NCBI GenBank assembly: GCA_048882505.1
Contig: JBHLRO010000005.1
Coordinates: 60,001-92,000, forward strand
Origin: Candidatus Thorarchaeota archaeon
GTDB taxonomy: Archaea > Asgardarchaeota > Heimdallarchaeia > Hodarchaeales > Hodarchaeaceae
DNA length: 32,000 bases
Reading direction: 5' to 3'
Below are positions 18,844 through 27,140 of this stretch, in pieces. Position numbers and translations under genes: made by a program. The first letter of the stretch is position 1; each line of letters begins with the position of its first letter. Under the pieces are notes generated by a model, which saw only the letters and a program-made list of their open reading frames with translations, searched no databases and was not told the DNA's origin.

Positions 18844-19111
18844 ATACTGAAAAAGAAACAGTAGTTAACGGAAAAGGGCTATAGATTATTGAGGGCAGTT
18901 ATCAATAAAGGTAAAGACTTCCATTATTTGCCAAGGGCAGGAAAATCAACCTAGAATGATCATATTTCCTCACTTTTTCCCATAATTTTCATTTGTTAAC
19001 ACTTCTGATAAATATTTCAAGGCATAATGGGTGATAAATACTATCCCTATGCAGAAAGCGGCCATATTAACCTCGAATAAAACCGTAAACCAGATATCTT
19101 TGGTTTCGAGT

Positions 19112-20737
19112 TCAGAGCGTTTTTCTTCGTTTTCGTAAGGTTAGCAAGCCAATAATAAGAACACTTGCAATTATGAATGTCACTTGAGGAACAGGAGTAG
19201 TAGAAGACGTTATAGTTGTCGAGGAGGTTCCCATAGCTTCATGTTCTTCATCGACGTAAACATTCATCTGCCTAGGATCGGAATTGACCTGAAATCCACC
19301 CCTTTCAAGTTCTTCTTTGGTTAACCTAAACCAGACACCGAACGATTCTTCTGAAACGGTTTTTTCAGTATTCTCTGGATCCAGGGAACGCGTATCTTGA
19401 TATCCAATTTCAGATGAAGCTCTCATTAGGACGTTCTTTGCGGCCCAGTAATCAAGCGCTACTGGATCTTTGCCCGCTATAAGGATATTTACTCTCGTCG
19501 CAAGTTCAAATGCAGTAGAAGGGCCTTGGAATGAACTGGGGTAGGGATTAGCATTAATCCAAATTGCATCTATAATACTTAGAACGGGAAGTCCGCATTC
19601 CACCATTAGAGTTCCCAACCCTCCTGTCGCTACTGACCTATGACCGTTTGCTAAACCTCCAGTATTCGCTTCTCCTTCCGATTGAACTCCCATATAGTTT
19701 TTTAAAGCTCCTGTTACTCCATAAACGAAATGAGATTTCAGCACAGGGAGATTTATTGTTTTTAATCGAGTCTCGTAGGCATTTCCATTCCATATGCCAT
19801 GTTTCAAACTGATATTCGTACCAAACGATGTTTTGAACTTGGGATAAGAAACTTTAATTCCCGTTTCTGCGTCAGCGGTTTCATTTAGGTAATATCCGTC
19901 TATCGTGTCACCATCAGAGTACTCCTGAACCTGATGTCCTCTGATAGCCTGCCAGTCATAAGTCGAAACTCTATGGGTTACTGAATATAAATCTACGACA
20001 TCTTGGGCGGACTGAGAGCGGTTTTCTGCATTATTTTGAGTCCAATCTAAATTTCCACGACCTTGACCATTGTCGGCAACCACAATTTCTCCTGTGAATT
20101 CATCGGGGTGGTCAATAATTGCCTGTATAATTTCTTTCAAGAGATCAGTATTTGTACCCCCACGATATGGCCATTGTGCATTAATCTTCAGCACTACCAC
20201 ATCATTACTTGCAATTAGTCCATCTGGCCCTTGGTTCTCTTTTGTTTCAGAGGACTTGTAAAAAACGAGACCCTGAGAACCCATCAGGTTCACTAGACGA
20301 TCAATGTTTGCAGCCTTTCTGCCATTGACCACAAATATGTTTGATGCTGGGGGGATAGTCGCAGTTTGAGAATTCAGGGTTAATTGTATCTCCTGAAAAG
20401 GTTTAGGTTCTGCGGTCCTTAGAAATATTCCTCCACTGATTATTCCAATAAGAAGCATGGAGAGAATTATTGTACTATTCTTGGAAAAGAAATCCTTGAC
20501 CATCATGGCAAACGAGGTAGCTAGTGAGACTGGAGTAATAACAGATAGAGTAAACGAAAAATTCGATAAAGCCGTCCGTTGACAAGGGTAATTTATTCTT
20601 GTAGGTTTTAATCCTGTCCTAAAAATAAGCCAAAACAGGTTCATTAACCCGAACGCTATGAAATTTCTTCTTAGTGTTTGTTTCTTATCATTTTTTGGGA
20701 TAGAAAGAGGGAAAGGGGACTTCTTCCAAGAAGACAT
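19112..20737 (-). CDS. DUF362-domain protein with N-terminal membrane segments and C-terminal CTERM-like anchor
   Basis: FWLIFRTGLKPTRINYPCQ, VVLKINAQW, GEIVVADNGQG, INLPVLKSH, VTGALKNYMG, DPVALDYWA; tail S/T linker-TPVP-hydrophobic helix-RKRRK. Confidence 0.85.
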   Translation of the reverse strand: MSSWKKSPFPLSIPKNDKKQTLRRNFIAFGLMNLFWLIFRTGLKPTRINYPCQRTALSNFSFTLSVITPVSLATSFAMMVKDFFSKNSTIILSMLLIGIISGGIFLRTAEPKPFQEIQLTLNSQTATIPPASNIFVVNGRKAANIDRLVNLMGSQGLVFYKSSETKENQGPDGLIASNDVVVLKINAQWPYRGGTNTDLLKEIIQAIIDHPDEFTGEIVVADNGQGRGNLDWTQNNAENRSQSAQDVVDLYSVTHRVSTYDWQAIRGHQVQEYSDGDTIDGYYLNETADAETGIKVSYPKFKTSFGTNISLKHGIWNGNAYETRLKTINLPVLKSHFVYGVTGALKNYMGVQSEGEANTGGLANGHRSVATGGLGTLMVECGLPVLSIIDAIWINANPYPSSFQGPSTAFELATRVNILIAGKDPVALDYWAAKNVLMRASSEIGYQDTRSLDPENTEKTVSEESFGVWFRLTKEELERGGFQVNSDPRQMNVYVDEEHEAMGTSSTTITSSTTPVPQVTFIIASVLIIGLLTLRKRRKTL

Positions 20738-20910
20738 GGTTCTCGAAGATTATAGATTCCTAAGTTTAAAATGAGTGGTGGTTACTGCAAAATACAGTGT
20801 CCTCAATCTATTGGAATGATCTACCATTTGATGTCAGCTAGTTATTTTCATGGAATAAAAAAAGGGGAGGAGGGAGTTAACATCTCTCCAAGTGATCTAT
20901 AATTATCGAA

Positions 20911-21800
20911 TCAAACAATGGAGAATTCTTTGATTAAGTTGGCTGTCATTTCTGGAATAACTGGATTCCCGACAACCAATGTGGCACCTCGTTGGCGAAG
21001 AAGATGAATTTTTGAACGAAGATTCTCTGATGTGAGGATATATTCTCGAATATGTCTCCTCAATACTTGTTGCTCAATTTCCTTGTAAGATTTCCCGTTA
21101 ACTTCACCTTGATCTCTCTTTAGTTCATTTAATGATTGTTGTACCAATTTGCGACGCAGTAAATAATTTTTAACCTTCTGAGTCTGTAGTACATCCGATT
21201 CACTTAATGTGTGGGCGATCGGGGAATATATTGCAATCTGATTTCCATTGCTGTCCCCCTCTCCGTTTCTTTTGTACACTCGGGCGTCACCGTGAAGATA
21301 GAACGGAATCACTCTTCCGAACTTATTTTGAATATTATCAATGAGAGAAGATGATAGATTTTCTGCGCCTAGGTATAATTCCGCGTCGAAATTTTGTCTA
21401 ACTTGTGTAAATATTTTGTAGAAGGCGTCTTGTAGCGGAATTCTTCTGTTTATCGTATCATAGGCGGGGTGCCCTGCCACAATGCAGAAGCCGAGATTCG
21501 AGAATACCTGGATCAGATTGAGGTATTCAAATAACCCGTTATCTGAGTAGAAGTACTCATCCCTTGCTGCAACGGTAAGCACCAAGGTGTTTTCCATGCT
21601 TTGAAGGATGCTCTTTAATTCTTCAGCAGATAGAAGGTTGTCTCGTCCCTCGTAATCTATGAAGACATACTGATGATGCCGGTCGGACAACTGAATCGCA
21701 CTTAAAAAACTTTCAAAAGAAGAGAAGTGTGTGCGTTTCAGCGCTATACCAGTGTGTTTTTTCGACTGGTCAGTTGAATAAGCCAGGAACTAAATCCCAC
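20911..21800 (-). CDS. Uncharacterised archaeal (beta/alpha)-barrel protein (recalled as DUF7388-like), with a -1 frameshift near its 5' end
   Basis: Motifs IDYEGR, VAGHPAY, IYSP...YLLRR, VVGNP match a haloarchaeal family as I recall it. The main frame stays open upstream of the tracked TTG (21690) through GIALK to a TAG at 21790-21792; the SD-preceded GTG at 21800 is in another frame. Confidence 0.6.
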
Positions 21801-21924
21801 ATGTTTTTCTCCTATCCTGTGGTATAACCGCTGATATGGTATTTAATATCCCTATTTTCGGAGATCATTTTAAAATGTTCGATATAGGCATCAGAGATAG
21901 AAACACTACCTACCTTTTCCTTCG

Positions 21925-23388
21925 CTACCATGGTTTCGAATTGCTGAAGTCATAGGTTTTACTGATCTCTATATTCCACTTAATTACCCCTTGTCTCATA
22001 TTGACTTTTGGGATATATCCATGATCGATCAATTGGATCCAAACACCATAAAAATCAACAAACCAAGAAGATGGAAACCAAAGTAGTCCCGCCAGTAAGG
22101 GCCTAGTATCGGTATCCATTTTGCTTTCATTATAAAACAGCCAGCTAAACGGGAAGAATTTTAAATGTTCTACGATGTTGTTAAGTAAGTTATAGTCATT
22201 ATTTCCTTCTGATCCAATCAAAGTGATCCAAACTTTCGAATCAAGCCCCATATGTCCAATCTGTAAAAACCGAGTTATCAATTCCGTTTCCATAAATAGC
22301 TCAAAATACTCTTGAACATATTTTGGGGTTATACCTAGGGTTTTACTAATATGTTTATTAGCTATTGCTTCTACTTGGAGAAGATCCAACATTTTTGCTT
22401 GAACTTTTGAGATCTTAAGCGCTGTCAGATCATTAAATAGGTTCTGTTCAATACCACTATCTTCTGAAAGGACTATATCGCTCCATTGTTCCCCAATAAA
22501 AATGGGGGGATAGATTTTCCAGCGATCAGCGGTGGAGGGTTTGAGTCCGCTCAAATTCCACCCTAGAAAGCTTTTGGTGAGCGCAATTTCATAGACAGGC
22601 CTATAAAATTCCCTTATGCTACTTAACAGTATTTTATTTGTAAAAGGAATTTGAAAAATCTTAATCTTTGCAACTTTCTTTCCCCAATCAATAGGAATAT
22701 CCGCCAAACAGAATGGTTTGAACGAAGGGGGGAGATTTTCAAACTTATCCTTGTGTATAATTGCGAAACTATTATAACCAAGCTTGGCCAGATCTACTCT
22801 GTATTTCTGAGTAAACATAGCCCTATTGGCCAAATAATTAATCCTACGCGAGATGGTGTTTTCGCTGCAGCGAATTAATCGAGCCAGCTGACGATTTGAT
22901 GGAAAAACAGGGATTTTATCCTTTATTAGTTGATTCGTCAACGTCGTAATGATTCTTACATCGTTTCTCAACAAAGGGAGGTTTAATACTCGCTGAATTT
23001 TATTGAGCGTAAAGAAGAATGAATTAGGGCTCCTTGCTTTTTTTAGTTGGTCTATAATGTCAGTTTCAGGTTGTAAGTTCAAGTAAATCAAAAACCGATG
23101 GGGAAGCAGAATCTTTGTACTGAGATATTCGAGCATAAATGAACGGTAATTTTGGTTATACTCGGAATTCCATGAAATAAGGTTTAAATCTGCCCATTTG
23201 CCGTAGAAAGGTTTTGTATAATCTTTATACAGCTTTTCGCATATCTTATTTATCTCGTTGGCATCTTTTGGAATGAAACGTTTTATGATCTCGAGGTAGT
23301 CAACGAGATCTTTGAAGAAGAGATCATATTCGATTTCACTACTTAAATCCTCTCTACTCTGTATGTAAAAAGGTTGCTGTTGAAACAT
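21925..23388 (-). CDS. Large regulator with two tandem Lrp/AsnC-like (wHTH + effector domain) units
   Basis: HTH1 SNRQLARLIRCSENTISRRINYL + linker VDLAKLGY; HTH2 ANKHISKTLGITPKYVQEYF + linker IGHMGL. Confidence 0.75.
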   Translation of the reverse strand: MFQQQPFYIQSREDLSSEIEYDLFFKDLVDYLEIIKRFIPKDANEINKICEKLYKDYTKPFYGKWADLNLISWNSEYNQNYRSFMLEYLSTKILLPHRFLIYLNLQPETDIIDQLKKARSPNSFFFTLNKIQRVLNLPLLRNDVRIITTLTNQLIKDKIPVFPSNRQLARLIRCSENTISRRINYLANRAMFTQKYRVDLAKLGYNSFAIIHKDKFENLPPSFKPFCLADIPIDWGKKVAKIKIFQIPFTNKILLSSIREFYRPVYEIALTKSFLGWNLSGLKPSTADRWKIYPPIFIGEQWSDIVLSEDSGIEQNLFNDLTALKISKVQAKMLDLLQVEAIANKHISKTLGITPKYVQEYFELFMETELITRFLQIGHMGLDSKVWITLIGSEGNNDYNLLNNIVEHLKFFPFSWLFYNESKMDTDTRPLLAGLLWFPSSWFVDFYGVWIQLIDHGYIPKVNMRQGVIKWNIEISKTYDFSNSKPW

Positions 23389-23490
23389 CAGCTAACCGCC
23401 GTACATTTTTGGCGAATCAAGTGCACTGCACTACAAGCAGGAGCATACAATTTAAAAGTTGTGATATCAAATAGAAGGGCCATCCAATTG

Positions 23491-23535
23491 TATCATGATA
23501 TGATTTCACTATTTTTTCGCGAAAAGCTGTGAAAT
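23491..23535. promoter_or_regulatory. Palindrome cluster in the divergent promoter (candidate operator)
   Basis: TATCATGATA (23491-23500), TTTTCGCGAAAA (23514-23525) flanked by ATTTCAC (23503-23509) and GTGAAAT (23529-23535). Confidence 0.45.
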
Positions 23536-23591
23536 GGTTTTCGTTACTACTTTTTCTATATAGCTTCAAGCGAGTAAGGGGAGGTGTTAAA

Positions 23592-23726
23592 TTGAACCTA
23601 AAACAATACTTTCCCAGCCGTCTTAGATTAATACAAGCTATACCGCTTTTAATCTGGATTACACTTCTTTTTATAAGCGTTGTAGCAAGTACAGCTCCTC
23701 CTGGAGACAATGCGGGTGGTGCCTAG
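23592..23726 (+). CDS. 44-aa signal-peptide-like micropeptide (putative secreted peptide precursor)
   Basis: Strong SD GGGGAGGTG (23578-23586) 5 nt before TTG; MNLKQYFPSRLRLIQAIPLLIWITLLFISVVASTAPPGDNAGGA. The ORF-track start at 23529 is less likely. Confidence 0.55.
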   Translation: MNLKQYFPSRLRLIQAIPLLIWITLLFISVVASTAPPGDNAGGA

Positions 23727-23761
23727 GATCCAGGGATCCCTCAGGATGTAGAACCAAAAAC

Positions 23762-24052
23762 ATGTGGAAACCAACTGAAATTTTCGAGGACGTAGGAATT
23801 CAACTCCTACTCCTTCCGATATTTTTATTTGAGGATTTTTCAGTTTTAGATGACTCCGTACAGTTAACTCTAAAAGCAGAATATCATCCGCCCTATATCA
23901 AACGTCTCCTCAGTCTAATATCTCTTGCGACAGGCCATTCATTCTACATGAAGAAGAAGCAGAACGAAGATATCTTACATTTGTATTGTTCTGATAATCC
24001 CAAATTGTTTAGGTTGCTTATCCAAAGCATGGGCAGAAGTGAAAAGATCTGA
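23762..24052 (+). CDS. Hypothetical 96-aa protein
   Basis: ATG ORF 35 bp after the micropeptide; no family recognised. Confidence 0.5.
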   Translation: MWKPTEIFEDVGIQLLLLPIFLFEDFSVLDDSVQLTLKAEYHPPYIKRLLSLISLATGHSFYMKKKQNEDILHLYCSDNPKLFRLLIQSMGRSEKI

Positions 24053-24201
24053 TATTTTCAGAAAAGGAACTGAAAATCACCCGTTGATTCGTCCCAAAGA
24101 AATTAAGGAGCACTGAAGAGGAATCTAAACAACCAGGAAGAAATGTGCATGTATTGGCGCGGTACGGTATTTGTGAAAATCCCTGATCAAGGAGAAGGAG
24201 A

Positions 24202-24645
24202 ATGATTCAAAACATCCTGTTAATTCACGAAACGGGCTTTGGATTAGTATCACGGTCATATGGGGACGATTCGAAGGATCTCGATCTATTTGGTGGATTG
24301 TTAGCCGCCATCTCAAGTTTTGCGGAAAACCTCATGGGAGATGCAATCAACGAAATTCGAATGGATCACCATAATATCTTCTATGAATCGGAACAGGGTG
24401 TGGTTTTGGCCATAATCACACCTAAGAGAACCATATCCAGACGAAAAATATCTGCAATAATGAGGAAGATTCACTCGAACTTTTTGGAAAGATATTCTGA
24501 ATATCTACGTCAAGATTTCTTAGAACCAAAAAACTTTGAGGAATTCTCATTTGAAATAGATAGCATTTTACGGAAGAATGGAGTTCTCGGGACAAAAAGT
24601 TCTCCTGTCAAGGAGAAAATTATTTCAACACTTAAACAAAAATAG
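24202..24645 (+). CDS. Longin-like domain protein (Asgard eukaryotic-signature type)
   Basis: MIQNILLIHETG...SRSY, DLFGGLLAAISSFAENL, INEIRM, IFYE, KIHSNFLERY; SD AAGGAG upstream. Confidence 0.8.
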   Translation: MIQNILLIHETGFGLVSRSYGDDSKDLDLFGGLLAAISSFAENLMGDAINEIRMDHHNIFYESEQGVVLAIITPKRTISRRKISAIMRKIHSNFLERYSEYLRQDFLEPKNFEEFSFEIDSILRKNGVLGTKSSPVKEKIISTLKQK

Positions 24646-24699
24646 GTGATAATAACTTAATAAAATAACTCCCAAAAAACGATATCGAGCTGTTGTAGC

Positions 24700-25584
24700 A
24701 TGAAAGGATTAGAAGGCGTTTGTTCGATGCCCGACCTTGGACAAATCGGGGACCAGCCTTTTAATCCGTATGCAATTGTTTCTCCACAAGATAATACGAT
24801 ACTCTTTTACTCTCAAGCATTCGCGCAGGTAAGCAAATTTCACCCCTCCACGGATCCCATATTTCGATCTGGGTTTCAAAAGACCCATCTCGAACTCAAA
24901 CAAACCAAGTTGAACGATTGTTATAATTTTCTGCAATGTTTAAACACTGTCTATCGATACAGAACCAGCTTGGTCGAGACGATAATACACGAGTTAAGGA
25001 CGGCAAGTCTGGCCATTAGTTTAGGAGCATACGCATTCGCCTTAGATGAACAAGTGGCACCCCTGATATTAGGTAGAATATTACAGGCATCGCACAGACA
25101 AAAAATTTCGACATTGATCGCCTCCGATATAATTCAATTGATTACTGCCCCTCCCATAACACATCCGACCTGCCTTACTAGAATTATTAAGGGAAGTCTT
25201 TCTCATTTTCCGCTTTTGCTTCAGATGAACTTTAGCTTGGGCTCAATGGTAAAAACAAATACCGTAGAACATGTTAATCCAGCCATTTGGGGGAATCCTG
25301 GATTTTTAGAACATTTTTTTGATACCATTTTTTCGTGGCTGGAAATGGAGGATGTTATGGTAGAGATGGAAATAGTTAACCCTGTTACCGTCAAGGTGTG
25401 CATTAGAATTCCACCAGATCAGTTCCTCCCGTCTATTCAAGGATTTCGCATGATATCTCATTATATTGAATATGTTATTGCTTATTTCAATGGACGTTCG
25501 TGGGTAGACCAGACTTCAATAAACATACTATTCCCTCTCTGTCAGAACTACTGGATGAACCGTCCTGATAAAAATAGTTCATGA
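24700..25584 (+). CDS. Degenerate histidine-kinase-like protein (PAS-like start, H-box, eroded HATPase domain)
   Basis: H-box IIHELRT (His at 24988-24990); N-terminal AIVSPQDNTILFYSQAF; C-terminal layout follows the GHKL fold but N/G1/G2 boxes are missing. Confidence 0.6.
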   Translation: MKGLEGVCSMPDLGQIGDQPFNPYAIVSPQDNTILFYSQAFAQVSKFHPSTDPIFRSGFQKTHLELKQTKLNDCYNFLQCLNTVYRYRTSLVETIIHELRTASLAISLGAYAFALDEQVAPLILGRILQASHRQKISTLIASDIIQLITAPPITHPTCLTRIIKGSLSHFPLLLQMNFSLGSMVKTNTVEHVNPAIWGNPGFLEHFFDTIFSWLEMEDVMVEMEIVNPVTVKVCIRIPPDQFLPSIQGFRMISHYIEYVIAYFNGRSWVDQTSINILFPLCQNYWMNRPDKNSS

Positions 25585-25737
25585 GGGTTGTCCAGATTCA
25601 AATAAATCCACGTTTCGTCCCTTTTTCTTGGGTTTGTAGTTGGAATTTGAAACCGTGTTGCGGATCGGCCTATTGAATTGGTAAGTCCTTGTTTAAAGTC
25701 AAATGTTACTAGAGAGAAATTCAGGTTCAGCAACAAC

Positions 25738-26901
25738 CTATACCAGGTTGCCACGCTCCTCTTGTTCTCGTTCAAGAGATTCGAAAAGAGCCTGAAAATT
25801 ACCTTTTCCGAATCCTTGTGAACCTTTCCGCTGAATTACTTCGAAGAAGAAGGTGGGTCGGTCTTGGATTGGCCTGCTAAACAGTTGTAATAGATAGCCA
25901 TGTTCATCTCGATCAACCAGGATTCCATGTTTAGCTAAATCCTTCAAGTTTTCATCAATTTCACCGACTCGATCGAGAACTGTGTCATAATAGGTCTGCG
26001 GTACGTGGAGAAAATCTACCCCGTTACCGCGCATCATGCCAATCGTACTGAGGATATCCTGGGTCAGGAAGGCGATGTGCTGGACACCTGCACCATGATA
26101 ATAATTGACATATTCTTCAATCTGAGACATGCGTATTCCATCGGCAGGCTCGTTTATTGGCATTTTCACCTTATCGTTAAAGTTTTTCACAACTTTTGAA
26201 CGAAGAGCCGAGTATTTTGTAGCAATGTCTTTCTCTGTAAACTCTATAAATTCGCCAAAACCGAAAACATCATGATAAAATTTTACCGTTGAATCCATCT
26301 TGCCTAATGGCTGGTTTCCGACAACATGATCAATTCTTTTGAGTCCTGCCTTCGGAGTATCAATTATGGGTTCAATGGGTTGATATCCAGGAAGATATGG
26401 GCCATCATAACCGTCACGTTCTATGAACTTGTGGTTTACATCTCCATATGTCTGTACGATAGCATAACGGGCGGTTCCGTATTCATCCTTAATTTCAGTC
26501 GGTGCTGTGATCCCTTTACCACCTCTAGCAACACATTCCTCCCATGCAACTTCTAAATCACGGACTTGAAGCCCGATAACTTTTACTCCATCGCCATGCA
26601 TAAGGTGATGGGCCGCCATTTCGCTTGTTGGATGATAAGGCGCTGATAAAATTACCTTAGCGTCACCTTGTTGCATAACATAACTCGCAAAATCACGATT
26701 TCCTGTTTTAAGTGATGACCATGCGATAGGTCTGAAGCCGAGTCCGTGCTGGAAATAATAAGCACTTTGTTTCGCATTTCCTACCCAAAACTCCATTGCA
26801 TCAAAATCAGTAACAGTAAGGATATCCGTCGCTTGCTTCATATTTTCAGCTGGGGATGACCTCCGTTTTGTATCCTCACGTTGAACTGTTGCCTGTTTCA
26901 T
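25738..26901 (-). CDS. hppD: 4-hydroxyphenylpyruvate dioxygenase
   Basis: EFWVGNAKQ, HGDGVK, IDHVVGN, SALRSKVV, PINEPA, SQIEEY, GVQHIA, GYLLQLF, FFEVIQRKG, GFGKGNFQALFES; His/His/Glu iron ligands present. Confidence 0.97.
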   Translation of the reverse strand: MKQATVQREDTKRRSSPAENMKQATDILTVTDFDAMEFWVGNAKQSAYYFQHGLGFRPIAWSSLKTGNRDFASYVMQQGDAKVILSAPYHPTSEMAAHHLMHGDGVKVIGLQVRDLEVAWEECVARGGKGITAPTEIKDEYGTARYAIVQTYGDVNHKFIERDGYDGPYLPGYQPIEPIIDTPKAGLKRIDHVVGNQPLGKMDSTVKFYHDVFGFGEFIEFTEKDIATKYSALRSKVVKNFNDKVKMPINEPADGIRMSQIEEYVNYYHGAGVQHIAFLTQDILSTIGMMRGNGVDFLHVPQTYYDTVLDRVGEIDENLKDLAKHGILVDRDEHGYLLQLFSRPIQDRPTFFFEVIQRKGSQGFGKGNFQALFESLEREQEERGNLV

Positions 26902-27088
26902 TTTTTTTCATCATCCTGTTAAGTTTTTCAAACATCCCTGGATCTTCTAGTTCCTAATCTTAGAAAGAAGATTAGCATCATGGAAGCAGTTTTTAGGTTG
27001 TTTAAAATTGTAATTAGCAGACTTTCGAAATTGGTCATGGTATATTTTTAAATCATCTTAGAATGCTTATTAATTGGACGTACATTCT

Positions 27089-27123
27089 TTATTGAGTCAA
27101 TAAGCTTTGAAAAAAGTTTTAAG
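27089..27123 (+). promoter_or_regulatory. 7-1-7 palindrome followed by a BRE/TATA-like element upstream of hmgA
   Basis: TTATTGA-G-TCAATAA (27089-27103), then GAAAAAAGTTTTAAG; SD GGTGAGG before the ATG at 27141. Confidence 0.45.
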
Positions 27124-27140
27124 TTGCAATTGGTGAGGTT

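Noticed and set aside
23417-23710. 97-aa minus ORF and the GTG start at 23529
   Set aside because: The minus ORF has no SD or motif and overlaps the better-supported micropeptide; the TTG at 23592 has a strong SD.
5161-23731. CCTAGGATCC at 5161-5170 and 23722-23731
   Set aside because: A 10-bp match is expected by chance in 32 kb.
23724-23795. Amber read-through of the micropeptide (TAG then DPGIPQD...)
   Set aside because: No pyrrolysine machinery in the window, the extension is unremarkable, and it overlaps the next start.
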